Shown here in pieces: positions 27,862 to 36,940 of a stretch of 64,000 nucleotides of DNA. Below the pieces are notes generated by a model. The model searched no databases. It saw only the letters and a program-made list of their open reading frames with translations, and had not been told where the DNA came from. Origin of the DNA: a virus (taxonomy: Duplodnaviria > Heunggongvirae > Uroviricota > Caudoviricetes); the IMG/VR virus record IMGVR_UViG_2595698887_000001; one strand, written 5' to 3'. The first letter of the stretch is position 1. Every line of letters starts with the position of its first letter. A program made the translations under genes and the position numbers.

Positions 27862-28216
27862 TGGTGCATCTTCTCAGAAACTTCAGCATGTCGTCCTTAT
27901 ACCCTGCGTGAATAGGATACCCACTGAAATCCTGTTCCAAGTAGTCAGCAAGATTTCTAAGCGCTGTGGACAAAGAGGTGTCTGTGTAAGCAGAAACGTA
28001 CTTCATCCAAGCCTTCAGGACATATCCTTCAAACGTATTCACACACTGGCTCAGAACTCCTCGACACTTTCCATCGAAGTGATCATGATCGAGACAAGGT
28101 TTGCGAAGTGGCTCACCGAGTACAGGATCAAGACCGCCTTGTTCCAGAATTAATTTCTCCCTGAATGCTGCAATCTGTCTTGCATCCTTAACCCAAAGTT
28201 CTGCCGTCAATGGCAC
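27731..28216 (-). CDS. endonuclease VII-type Holliday junction resolvase (T4 gp49-like)
   Basis: CLDHDHFDGKCRGVLSQCVNTFEG aligns with T4 EndoVII HLDHDHELNGPKAGKVRGLLCNLCNAAEG. Confidence 0.7.
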   Translation of the reverse strand: MPLTAELWVKDARQIAAFREKLILEQGGLDPVLGEPLRKPCLDHDHFDGKCRGVLSQCVNTFEGYVLKAWMKYVSAYTDTSLSTALRNLADYLEQDFSGYPIHAGYKDDMLKFLRRCTNEKIIERAESDLGLIIPKGTQKHESITLYLTEFVRQTEERFAE

Positions 28217-28260
28217 TACGACAGGCTTCTTCCTTGCCTTGGGTTTGGATACAGGACTTT

Positions 28261-28896
28261 TTACTCTTTTCCTGCGGATAGCCCCTCCAAGAACTTCTTG
28301 CCGATTAGATACGCATCGGCGTAGTCAGCCTTTCCTGCTGCAAGAGTAACACCGTCTAACCACCCCGGATAGTCATAATCAACTGCCTTAACCATCATGG
28401 CTTTGTCCATCTTAACTTTGGAGCGTGATGATACCATTTTATTCTTCTTTTTGTCAAGCTTTTCCTTAGTTACCCACTGCTCTTCCTCTGGAAGGAGACT
28501 ACGGGCAAAAGACTTAACAGAAGTTGGTGCAACAGTGTGGATGTTGAAGTATTCAATAAAGTGGTTACCACAACCATCCAGGCTAAGGGCAATACAGTAG
28601 AACAAGCCTGCAAGGTCCCTTGTGGCACTACCAATAGACCCCAGACTCAGTGCTTCCATCACATAATCATCTGGAGAATACTCAGCACACAGTTCATTTA
28701 TCCTTTTACAGATATGTTCGATCTGCTCATAAACAGTGTCAAAGTAGTAAACTTCCGGGTTTTGCTTTCCCTTGCTCTTGGTAGAACCAGTCCTGATCAT
28801 CTCCCGATAAATAGGAGTCCCATCACTCCAGATAACAACGGCACAATGGGACAAAGACTGATCAACAGACATCAAAACATAAGGGAACTCACTCAT
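28261..28896 (-). CDS. RuvC-like/RNase H-fold resolvase (tentative)
   Basis: VLMSVDQSLSHCAVVIW is a first-strand Asp, and EALSLGS is a Glu. Acidic residues near the C-terminus. Confidence 0.4.
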   Translation of the reverse strand: MSEFPYVLMSVDQSLSHCAVVIWSDGTPIYREMIRTGSTKSKGKQNPEVYYFDTVYEQIEHICKRINELCAEYSPDDYVMEALSLGSIGSATRDLAGLFYCIALSLDGCGNHFIEYFNIHTVAPTSVKSFARSLLPEEEQWVTKEKLDKKKNKMVSSRSKVKMDKAMMVKAVDYDYPGWLDGVTLAAGKADYADAYLIGKKFLEGLSAGKE

Positions 28897-29194
28897 CTTT
28901 CCCGTCCACAGCATTCTCACGGAAAAGAACCAAGGAGCACTCAAGGTCACCGTAGGCAACACTCGTCAACAGCAGCAACTTCTCCCCCTCAACAAGCTCA
29001 CAATCCTCAAGAAGCAGAACTGTGAAAGCCTTGTCTGGGTCAATGAAATCGTCTGTGAAAACAACATAGTCTCCATGATCGGTTTCAAGCATTCTCCAAA
29101 TACCTGTTCCAACCATGAACTTAGGCTTCAGAGAAGAAACAGCGAGGGCCTTAGAGTCCCTCATTACTGCTTCCATGATCATCCCATCAATCAT
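28889..29194 (-). CDS. hypothetical protein
   Basis: MIDGMIME start coupled (ATGA) to the upstream stop. Confidence 0.4.
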   Translation of the reverse strand: MIDGMIMEAVMRDSKALAVSSLKPKFMVGTGIWRMLETDHGDYVVFTDDFIDPDKAFTVLLLEDCELVEGEKLLLLTSVAYGDLECSLVLFRENAVDGKDE

Positions 29195-30324
29195 AAAACC
29201 CCCACACGTCGAAGCTCTGTGCTCAGTGTTGTGTGATCGTTTGCTGTGCGCTTCATGTAAACCATCTGGAAGATGATAGAAGCCCACTGACCAGCACTCA
29301 TTTTACGCTGAGTCCCATCCCACGAGGTGAATTCAACCCCGTTAGGGAACCAGGTCTTGTACTGGTCAACAATCGCAGTCCACATATCCTTTTCAGTCTG
29401 AAGGTGACCGATTAGGTTGAATGCAGCAGTATCCCCAAAACGCCCGGAGATATCGAAGGATTGATAAGGTTTGATGTTATCTGAGCTATCGCCACAGAGC
29501 ATCTGGTAACCAAAGAACTTACGTCCCCAGCCCTTGACCTTATTACCTTCCATCCAAATCTCACCCATAGAGTCATCAATGATCATTGGAATAGGATGCT
29601 TCCATGTTTTCTCCTCGCTATCACGCATGGTGTCGAAAAGGAGTCCAGGCGTCCCTTTTTGGTCTTTGTCGAAGGATGCAACCATATAGTTGAACTTACC
29701 AGTTGCCTGGTAGAACTCCCACCCGGTATTCATCAGGACAGAAAGATAGTCATCTGCCTCAACTCCATCAATTACCTTTGCCTTGTACTTCTTCTTGACA
29801 TAATCACGCGTTTCCTGCAACAGCTTAGGACGCAGTGTGTCCTCACGGTTTCCTTTATAACGCTCCGGTGCTGGTAATAGCAAGCGGAAGTTATTCTCAC
29901 CACCAAGCACACCCATCCCATACTGGTTGTCCATCTCCAGATGTTCAAAGATCGCATTGATCTTGGTTTTCAGGATGTGCAGGCAGTTTTCAACAGGCTC
30001 TGGGGTCTGAATGTCCTCAATCAGGAAGTCATCTCTTCCCCACGGAGTAAATTCACGTCCTTCTGCCTTTGCCTTGATTTCCATATTGGCGTTTTGGTCT
30101 TTTAACCAACCGCCCACCACCCTTTTGGTGGAACCCCAGAATTCTGTTCTGTTTTTGAAGATCTTTTCCCTGCCGGAGGCAATGTGCGTTGCCTTAATTG
30201 TACGCTTCTCAGCGCCAGCGGCAGACACAAAGCAAGTCTGGTCAAGGTCTAAAGCGATCACACAGTCATTCGTGACTTTATTTTTCCAATCTTTATCATA
30301 CGGATATCCCACTAGCCCTCTCAA
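29191..30324 (-). CDS. 5'-3' exonuclease / flap endonuclease (T5 D15 / T4 RNase H family)
   Basis: GVEADDYL, and LCGDSSDNIKP as the H3TH motif. Confidence 0.7.
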   Translation of the reverse strand: MRGLVGYPYDKDWKNKVTNDCVIALDLDQTCFVSAAGAEKRTIKATHIASGREKIFKNRTEFWGSTKRVVGGWLKDQNANMEIKAKAEGREFTPWGRDDFLIEDIQTPEPVENCLHILKTKINAIFEHLEMDNQYGMGVLGGENNFRLLLPAPERYKGNREDTLRPKLLQETRDYVKKKYKAKVIDGVEADDYLSVLMNTGWEFYQATGKFNYMVASFDKDQKGTPGLLFDTMRDSEEKTWKHPIPMIIDDSMGEIWMEGNKVKGWGRKFFGYQMLCGDSSDNIKPYQSFDISGRFGDTAAFNLIGHLQTEKDMWTAIVDQYKTWFPNGVEFTSWDGTQRKMSAGQWASIIFQMVYMKRTANDHTTLSTELRRVGVL

Positions 30325-30812
30325 TCGTTACTCAAATACTCGTCCAAATACCGGACATCCAGTTCCCATTTCTCTCGCTTACTCCGTTCATGATACAAGG
30401 CAAACGCCTCGCTCACGTACTTCTCTGCAACCTGTCTGGAGACACCGTTCACCTTCATGAAGTGACGAAGGGCGATTTCTCCTCTTCCACGAATACCAGC
30501 AAGGCCGATATGTTTTACTTCGTGACATGACGGGCAGAGCGCGATAAGACCTTTCAGCGTGATCTTACCATTACCAAAGTCCCAGATTTCGTGACACTCA
30601 ACAGGGTGTTTGTTCCCTTTACCACCACAAATCTCACATCTGTAGTTCGCTTTGGCATAGCATTTCTTTCTTACGACATCCCATTGGGATTTAGTGAGGT
30701 GAGAGCGTAAGTTAGTAAACCAAGCTGTTTTCGGAACCAGTTCAATCTCTAATTTCAATTCACCTCCACGAAGCTGCGATAACGACATCAATTGCTCTTT
30801 CCCAGCATTCAC
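30321..30812 (-). CDS. HNH endonuclease (free-standing)
   Basis: CEICGG...HPVECHEIWD...CPSCHEVKH. Confidence 0.65.
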   Translation of the reverse strand: MNAGKEQLMSLSQLRGGELKLEIELVPKTAWFTNLRSHLTKSQWDVVRKKCYAKANYRCEICGGKGNKHPVECHEIWDFGNGKITLKGLIALCPSCHEVKHIGLAGIRGRGEIALRHFMKVNGVSRQVAEKYVSEAFALYHERSKREKWELDVRYLDEYLSND

Positions 30813-31266
30813 CGAGAAGATTTAATCCTTGCCAGTTGGCAGGATCATCAATGCGTGTATCATATTCATTCATTTTAACTCCCCAGATTGCGTCATATGG
30901 GGATGCCTCTACAAAGCGACGACCAGCATCTCTATGGGTCAGTGCTGCCTCAAGAATAGATCGATTCGCCTTCATTTTCAGAACAAGTCCGTTTGTTACA
31001 ATGTCCATCCGGTTTTCTTCCCAGACACTATTGTCAAAGTCTCTGACTTTACGACCAAGCGCCTTTGCCTCGTTTGGATTGTTAACCGTGGCAATACGTG
31101 CAGCAATCTCTTTATCATCAAAGAGCATTGCTTTCTGGAACATCATAAAGTGCTCAACCGTGAAGAATTCATAGCCACCACAACGGATAGGGATTACCTG
31201 ACGGAAGTGGTTGCTGAACACATCACGGTAAGTGAAGAAGAAAACATGCTTATCAGTTATTCTCAT
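30760..31266 (-). CDS. NADAR (DUF1768/YbiA) domain protein
   Basis: FFFTYRDVFSNHF, EHFMMFQKA and KALGRK motifs of NADAR. MRITDKH follows AGAGGAAAA. Confidence 0.65.
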   Translation of the reverse strand: MRITDKHVFFFTYRDVFSNHFRQVIPIRCGGYEFFTVEHFMMFQKAMLFDDKEIAARIATVNNPNEAKALGRKVRDFDNSVWEENRMDIVTNGLVLKMKANRSILEAALTHRDAGRRFVEASPYDAIWGVKMNEYDTRIDDPANWQGLNLLGECWERAIDVVIAASWR

Positions 31267-31277
31267 TGGTTTTCCTC

Positions 31278-31472
31278 TTAGTGGAAAGTCTTTTTGGAAG
31301 GGCACTCTCCAGCACCTTCTTTCACAACTGACTCTGTGCGATTACCATCGCTGTAGATGCAGACTTTGGAGCTTCCATCAGTGTATTCATCCACCAAAGA
31401 AAGTGTGTTGACTGTGGCGAATGCCTGGGAAGAGAGCAGCACTGCTGCTAAAAGAATTGTTGTGCGGATCAT
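31278..31472 (-). CDS. small secreted protein (Sec signal peptide, 2 Cys)
   Basis: MIRTTILLAAVLLSSQAFA with an AxA cleavage site. AAAGGAGAT RBS. Confidence 0.5.
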   Translation of the reverse strand: MIRTTILLAAVLLSSQAFATVNTLSLVDEYTDGSSKVCIYSDGNRTESVVKEGAGECPSKKTFH

Positions 31473-31535
31473 TTTGTATCTCCTTTGTTAAGTCGAGGCC
31501 CGATGATAATACAACACCGGGCCTTTTGTCAACTC

Positions 31536-32426
31536 TTATTTACCTGCTGGCAGGGTAACAAACGGGGTCTGAGAACCGCTGGTCATGTAGACTGGGGTCA
31601 CACCGTTCCACTTGTTAATCGCTTCCAGTTGCATAATCTCTGGGTTTTTGCGGAGAGAATCACCACGAAGTTGGATGGATTCTGCTTCACCTTTTGCCAG
31701 TGCTACTTTAGCATCGGCTTCACCCTGAGCTTGCAGTCGCTTAGATTCTGCTTCACCGCGAGCGGCCTCGATTGCCTTCTGAGCTTCAGCCTTTGTCTGC
31801 TGGATTTCGTTCTCACGCAGCAGAGCTTTCTGAGTCGCTTCGATCTTCGCGTTGATGGACGCTGTTACCTGTGGTGGGTAACCGAGGTCATCAGTGTAAG
31901 ACAGCTTCACGATCACGATACCGATTGGATCAAGTTTCGCTTTCAGGGTTTTCGTCACACGATCCAGAAGCTGAGATTTACCATCACCAGCCAGCGTACC
32001 GATATCCATCGTACCCGCTTCCTTGATCAGTGCATCAGAGATGTTCTGACGAATGTTGACATCGGTGATTTCCTGAACACCTTTACGGTAAGTCTGGAAG
32101 ATCTTGGTGACCTTAGAACGATCAACGTAGTATTCAACACCAATCTTCGCAGTAACCGTCATAGAATCTTTGGTCTGGAAGTTGAACGGTTGTTCGTAGT
32201 TGTTCAACTGGTTGAACGTTGGGAACTGATAGATTTCTTCGTTCCATGTCAGCCAATATTTACCAACACCGACTTCCTGTTGCTGAACACCCTTCTCATC
32301 GCCGTACAGGTCAACCTTGACACCAACGTAACCTGCCGGGACAGTTGCACGTTCACAACCTGTCAGGCCAATTGCACCCAGCGCGATCAGGCCAGCGAAA
32401 ACTACACGTTTGATATTCTTAAGCAT
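31536..32426 (-). CDS. SPFH/band-7 (prohibitin/HflK-like) domain lipoprotein
   Basis: Lipobox LTGC after a signal peptide. The SPFH core is followed by an Ala/Glu/Lys coiled coil. Confidence 0.65.
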   Translation of the reverse strand: MLKNIKRVVFAGLIALGAIGLTGCERATVPAGYVGVKVDLYGDEKGVQQQEVGVGKYWLTWNEEIYQFPTFNQLNNYEQPFNFQTKDSMTVTAKIGVEYYVDRSKVTKIFQTYRKGVQEITDVNIRQNISDALIKEAGTMDIGTLAGDGKSQLLDRVTKTLKAKLDPIGIVIVKLSYTDDLGYPPQVTASINAKIEATQKALLRENEIQQTKAEAQKAIEAARGEAESKRLQAQGEADAKVALAKGEAESIQLRGDSLRKNPEIMQLEAINKWNGVTPVYMTSGSQTPFVTLPAGK

Positions 32427-32583
32427 TGGTTTGGTTCTCCTCTTTGATTTTGTATTCAGTTTTTACAGTTTGGTCAACGTGATCGTCAACAATTTTCGCT
32501 ACCAAGGCAGCGGCAGACTTATTTCTGGACCGGGCCAGATGCTGCAACTTTTCCCAGGTAGATGCTTTAAGATTTAGTAGCAT
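32419..32583 (-). CDS. ribbon-helix-helix (Arc/CopG-like) DNA-binding protein, 54 aa
   Basis: MLLNLKASTWEKLQHLARSRNKSAAALVAKIV has a beta strand then helices. GGAGG RBS. Its stop overlaps the SPFH start. Confidence 0.45.
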   Translation of the reverse strand: MLLNLKASTWEKLQHLARSRNKSAAALVAKIVDDHVDQTVKTEYKIKEENQTNA

Positions 32584-32770
32584 CTAAGCCTCCACGTTTA
32601 AAGAACACTTTACGGACCCAATACCACACAACCGCCGGGGCTGAGAACACTAGGGCGAAACCGCCGATAACGCCCAGTGTATCTTTAGCAGAAACTAAAG
32701 TTGGTACTGCGAACCCGAAGATGAAGCAAAGGAAAACAAATAAGCCAACACCGTTCAGGTAATATTTCAT
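32567..32770 (-). CDS. small membrane protein
   Basis: 67 aa with 2 TM helices. Confidence 0.4.
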   Translation of the reverse strand: MKYYLNGVGLFVFLCFIFGFAVPTLVSAKDTLGVIGGFALVFSAPAVVWYWVRKVFFKRGGLDATKS

Positions 32771-33129
32771 TATTCGGCACCTTCTTCGCCGTCATCAGCT
32801 TCGGTTTGTGCGACATTCGGAGTTCCACGACCAAACAGGATATCAGCTTCGGTCATCTGCTCAACCTGTTCTTCCAGGTCTTTACGCTTTTTGCCAGCTT
32901 GGTACTGACGGTCAAACTCTGCTGCTACCAGCGTTTTGATGAACTTAGGATCGTAGTTGTGGCTGTCCTTTTCTACCGCAACAATATCCTTGAACTGGCT
33001 CGCCGCATCTTTCTGGGCGATCTTCGCATCAACACCTTCCTGAATTACTTTCTTCAGGCGATTACGCTCTGCTGGGTCAGAAGGCAGGGTGTTTTTCAGT
33101 TCTACTTTGATTTTAGGCATACGTGGCAT
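32770..33129 (-). CDS. hypothetical protein
   Basis: 119-aa charged protein. Confidence 0.45.
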   Translation of the reverse strand: MPRMPKIKVELKNTLPSDPAERNRLKKVIQEGVDAKIAQKDAASQFKDIVAVEKDSHNYDPKFIKTLVAAEFDRQYQAGKKRKDLEEQVEQMTEADILFGRGTPNVAQTEADDGEEGAE

Positions 33130-33197
33130 AGTTTTGTTTCTCCTCTGTTTGTTTAGTCTGTTCAGTATAGCTGCTTAATTATTTTTGTCAAACACTT

Positions 33198-33419
33198 TTA
33201 ATCAATGCCGACAATCTTTCCACCGGAGCGCTCAATCTGAGCTACATACGCTGCGAGCGTACCAAGAGTACATTCGTAGGCATACTTCTTAGCACCGCCC
33301 CAGCGACGTTTCATGGTGAATCTGATCAGATATCGAGTGCTTGGTCCACGACTAACAATTCTGATTCCAAGGCGATTAGCGAGTTCTATAATCTCAGGAT
33401 AATCAATAATTTCTTCCAC
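33198..33419 (-). CDS. hypothetical protein
   Basis: 73 aa. Confidence 0.4.
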   Translation of the reverse strand: MEEIIDYPEIIELANRLGIRIVSRGPSTRYLIRFTMKRRWGGAKKYAYECTLGTLAAYVAQIERSGGKIVGID

Positions 33420-33472
33420 TGCGTTCTCCTCTTTGTCTTGATGGGGTCATTATACAGACCCCTTATTCATTG

Positions 33473-34162
33473 TCAAGCAATAATTTTCGGGCTTTCGAAA
33501 GTGCTTGGCTTCATGATCTTGCCGTTGTTATCGAAGAACACAAGGCGGGGATCTGTCGATCTGGGGTCTTTAGCATTATACACCTTATGGCATCTAACAC
33601 CAGAGTAACGACCATTCGATCTGTCCTCAATTGCTTTGCACTCCAGACGAAGAGCTTCATTATGCTCTTTATCAGGCCACAGGGCAAGCACATCCTGAAG
33701 ATACGGATACTTCGTATCATTAGAGTGTAAAACCTGCTGCATGTTGTAGTCAAGATTAATATCAAGACGATAGCACAACGCCGTCACCAGCTTCAGCACA
33801 TAAACAGGATCTTGGATGTTGCCATACAGGTTGTGCTCAAGATCACCAATGGTAAACGTTAATGTTGGTGAAGGGGTGCAGGCCTCACGAAGATACTCAG
33901 GGCTTTTCAACTGGCAAGCATATGAGGCAACAACAAAGAGATCGCAGGCAGCATCAACAGTTTCAATACGGTCACCGACCCGGAGTGCATCAACGAGTTC
34001 GTTGAATTCTTCACGAATAAAGCCCCATTGCAGACCGAAAGGTGTTGCCACATTGTTGCGAGCACGATATGCAACATGGTTCCATTCAATCACATGCTCC
34101 GCGTATGCGTACAGATCTGATGGTTTTGTCATCGCTAAAAGTGTTTCGTAAACCTTACTCAT
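33473..34162 (-). CDS. MazG-like all-alpha NTP pyrophosphohydrolase
   Basis: REEFNELVDAL...ETVDAACD matches the EExxE/D metal-binding helices. Confidence 0.5.
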   Translation of the reverse strand: MSKVYETLLAMTKPSDLYAYAEHVIEWNHVAYRARNNVATPFGLQWGFIREEFNELVDALRVGDRIETVDAACDLFVVASYACQLKSPEYLREACTPSPTLTFTIGDLEHNLYGNIQDPVYVLKLVTALCYRLDINLDYNMQQVLHSNDTKYPYLQDVLALWPDKEHNEALRLECKAIEDRSNGRYSGVRCHKVYNAKDPRSTDPRLVFFDNNGKIMKPSTFESPKIIA

Positions 34163-34171
34163 TGATTCTCC

Positions 34172-34543
34172 TTAATTAATTACATCTGTCGCGTGATCAC
34201 CTTCCGGTTGGTCACGAATAATTCTTAATGGCAAAAGAGCACCGTTCTTAGCTACGAACAGGCATTTGTCGCCATATGTCCCATTCTTGTACCAAGAATA
34301 AGAAGTGTTAACCTTGTAGGCCATGCCGTCGAATTGACAGGTCATGGTGTTCCACAAAGGTTTGGTAAGGGCCAGCGTTACCAGGCCCAACACAACAGCC
34401 CAAATCAACAGCAGACGTTTCACCTTTCCCTGAATCCAGTCAATGAAATCGTCAAGCTTGTCTTTCCGGAAACGGTAGGCGATATAAATACCGCCCCCGG
34501 TTACCAGTGTTGCTCCAAAGAGCGCCAGCCAATACCAGATCAT
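34172..34543 (-). CDS. membrane protein
   Basis: 123 aa with an N-terminal TM. Confidence 0.4.
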   Translation of the reverse strand: MIWYWLALFGATLVTGGGIYIAYRFRKDKLDDFIDWIQGKVKRLLLIWAVVLGLVTLALTKPLWNTMTCQFDGMAYKVNTSYSWYKNGTYGDKCLFVAKNGALLPLRIIRDQPEGDHATDVIN

Positions 34544-35007
34544 TATGCACGTACCTCTGTTACCTTCACGGTTGCTTCACCGCGAAGCTGGATGTTAGAA
34601 CCATCATCGAGAGTGAGAATGATATCGTCGCCACTGATTTTGTGACCCTTAACGACATAATCTTTACCCCACATCTCTACCTTATCACCCATCACGACAT
34701 TTTTGGCCTTGTAATCACCAGGTAGGCGATCTTCATCGCTAACCGCTTCATAAAGGTCGCTAAACGCCTGTGGGGACATTGCTGTGAACTGGTCACCCAC
34801 TTTCACAATGTAATCACCGGGGAACGCCTGAACACCGTTAACGTCCATATTCCGGATATCTCGTGTGTGGATCTCAGAATCTTTCCATACCCCGGTCTCA
34901 ATCCACTTGGTTACCTGTCCAACCCCGGTGCTTGACCCGTTGAATACGTGTGCTTCAACCTCTTGAGGTTTACGACTATAGAATCCCATTAGTATACTGG
35001 CTCCCAT
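34543..35007 (-). CDS. hypothetical protein
   Basis: 154 aa. Confidence 0.45.
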   Translation of the reverse strand: MGASILMGFYSRKPQEVEAHVFNGSSTGVGQVTKWIETGVWKDSEIHTRDIRNMDVNGVQAFPGDYIVKVGDQFTAMSPQAFSDLYEAVSDEDRLPGDYKAKNVVMGDKVEMWGKDYVVKGHKISGDDIILTLDDGSNIQLRGEATVKVTEVRA

Positions 35008-36293
35008 GTTAATGTATTAAGTTCACGTACACTCTGCCCTACTGGGAACTGAGGTACACCATCATCAGTGCGCGACTGGAATGTAAAGTTGATGAAACCA
35101 CCAACCAACAGTAACATCTTCGCCTGAGAACGTTCTGCGTGTGTTCCTTTCATTTTACAGTTGAATCGTGTTCCGTCCTGTTCTTCACAAAGTAGAACAC
35201 CCTCACCATTTTTGTCCTCTACAGAATCAAGGACTTTGGCCTCCCCGTCCTGGAACAGCTTCCACTTCTGGAGATCAGAAGATCGTTGTCCGAACTCATA
35301 GACACCTTTGAAGTTTCGGATAATCGATCCTTCAAAACCCTGCTCCATGTATTTACCGATAGACCACTTAACTTCTCTCTCAGAAGTGACAACAATACCA
35401 GCGATAACTTTTACCAATGGAACGTTGAGTTCACACTCGACAGCATCAGTAACCGCCAGAAGGTCTTGGTGTCTGGTCTTATCGTGTTCATAAGAATACC
35501 AAGGACTCTGTGCATTCACCGGAATGTCAAAGATATGATACTCAAGGTCAAGACTCGAATAACCACTGTAGCGATCAACGTCCTTCACAGGTTTATACGT
35601 TGAAACAGCCCATACGTTGCCATCAAAGTCTTTCCAGAGATGTTCACCTGCTTCAACAGCCTTGTTGTAACGCTTGATATCAGCTTGATAATCCTTTTCG
35701 ATCTCGGCTTCAATCTGTTCAGGTGTACGCCACTTCTTAGCAAGAGCAACAATCTTCTGTAGACTCAGGCCATGAATATACAGTTCACCGTCGAACTTGT
35801 CAAACCCGGAATGTTCTGCAAGTTCTTTAACTTGCTGTAACAGAGCGCCCTGCACAGGGTACGTTTTGTTGCCACGACTATTAAACACCGGGATGCCATT
35901 CTTGTCAAGCGTGACAAGAGCACGAACACCGTCGAGCTTTGGCTGCACATAGGCAGGATAAACGATAGCTGAAGATCGTTTGATCGCATCATGCGCCAGC
36001 ATAGGAGAGAAGTTCTCTTCCGTCTGCAACTCTTCCTTGGTCTCACGATAACCTAAACGGACTTGCTTTTCCCATTTGGATCTTGCTTCAAGAACCGCTT
36101 GGAATACGGCAGTAGTCTCATTGGAACGACCAACATTTTTCATTTCACATTTGGTGCGTTTTTGCTGAATCTTTCCGTTCTCCTTACCGAAAGAAACAAC
36201 AACTTCATCACCATCTGTGGTCACATTCCAAACCTGGTAAGATCCATCCTTGTTAAGGGCGTATAGTGTTGGTGTATCTAAACTAATTGACAT
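34989..36293 (-). CDS. ATP-dependent DNA ligase
   Basis: KLDGVR is motif I. MSISLD follows AAGGAG. Confidence 0.8.
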   Translation of the reverse strand: MSISLDTPTLYALNKDGSYQVWNVTTDGDEVVVSFGKENGKIQQKRTKCEMKNVGRSNETTAVFQAVLEARSKWEKQVRLGYRETKEELQTEENFSPMLAHDAIKRSSAIVYPAYVQPKLDGVRALVTLDKNGIPVFNSRGNKTYPVQGALLQQVKELAEHSGFDKFDGELYIHGLSLQKIVALAKKWRTPEQIEAEIEKDYQADIKRYNKAVEAGEHLWKDFDGNVWAVSTYKPVKDVDRYSGYSSLDLEYHIFDIPVNAQSPWYSYEHDKTRHQDLLAVTDAVECELNVPLVKVIAGIVVTSEREVKWSIGKYMEQGFEGSIIRNFKGVYEFGQRSSDLQKWKLFQDGEAKVLDSVEDKNGEGVLLCEEQDGTRFNCKMKGTHAERSQAKMLLLVGGFINFTFQSRTDDGVPQFPVGQSVRELNTLTWEPVY

Positions 36294-36517
36294 TATCTCT
36301 CCTTCAGTTTCCCACAAAGAGCACCCTCAACATAGTCCGGGTTTTCTTTGAACCACTCATCGTTGGCCTTGATCAGACCATGAATATTATTTTTAAGCCA
36401 GGCAGAGGCTTTGATTCCACGATACCAAGCATCAAACCAAGTCTTCTTCAAAGGGCTTTGGTACACCTTTGTGAAATACTGTGGTGTTAGTTTCTCACAG
36501 ATCTCAACCCTGTCCAT
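36293..36517 (-). CDS. hypothetical protein
   Basis: 74 aa. Confidence 0.4.
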   Translation of the reverse strand: MDRVEICEKLTPQYFTKVYQSPLKKTWFDAWYRGIKASAWLKNNIHGLIKANDEWFKENPDYVEGALCGKLKER

Positions 36518-36523
36518 AAATCC

Positions 36524-36931
36524 TCACTGTAATTTCAATGAGCTACGCAGACGACGCTCTTGAGCATCACGAGTTTCCTGCGGAACGCTGTGAATAGAAT
36601 CATTGCCATGACGGTTCTCGACCACCAGGCTAATGACGCGATACCCATTCTCGGCTGCGAGGTCGAGGTATGGTTTCAGTTCTTTTTCACTGGTAGAAGT
36701 GTTAGACACGATGATCCTGCGAAAACTCCAACCCATCATATCCTTAACTTCTGACTGACACCATGCGTGTGCCGCCTGAATATTCTCAGGTTTCCAGTCA
36801 TAAACACCATCTTCCGTATAGTGGAATTTATCTGCTTCACAGACAGGCCACAAACCATCTGCGAGCATATCTGCCACTGTTGACTTACCAGCACCAGACA
36901 CACCGCGCAGGATAATAAGAGTCTTTTCCAT
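36524..36931 (-). CDS. P-loop polynucleotide kinase-like protein (kinase domain only)
   Basis: LRGVSGAGKSTVA Walker A. 135 aa, resembling the T4 Pnk N-terminal kinase domain. Confidence 0.5.
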   Translation of the reverse strand: MEKTLIILRGVSGAGKSTVADMLADGLWPVCEADKFHYTEDGVYDWKPENIQAAHAWCQSEVKDMMGWSFRRIIVSNTSTSEKELKPYLDLAAENGYRVISLVVENRHGNDSIHSVPQETRDAQERRLRSSLKLQ

Positions 36932-36940
36932 CTCTTCTCC

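Noticed and set aside
31485-32447. 320-aa plus-strand ORF
   Set aside because: Antisense to the SPFH lipoprotein gene. The Leu/Phe/Cys-rich translation is typical of a reverse-frame artefact.
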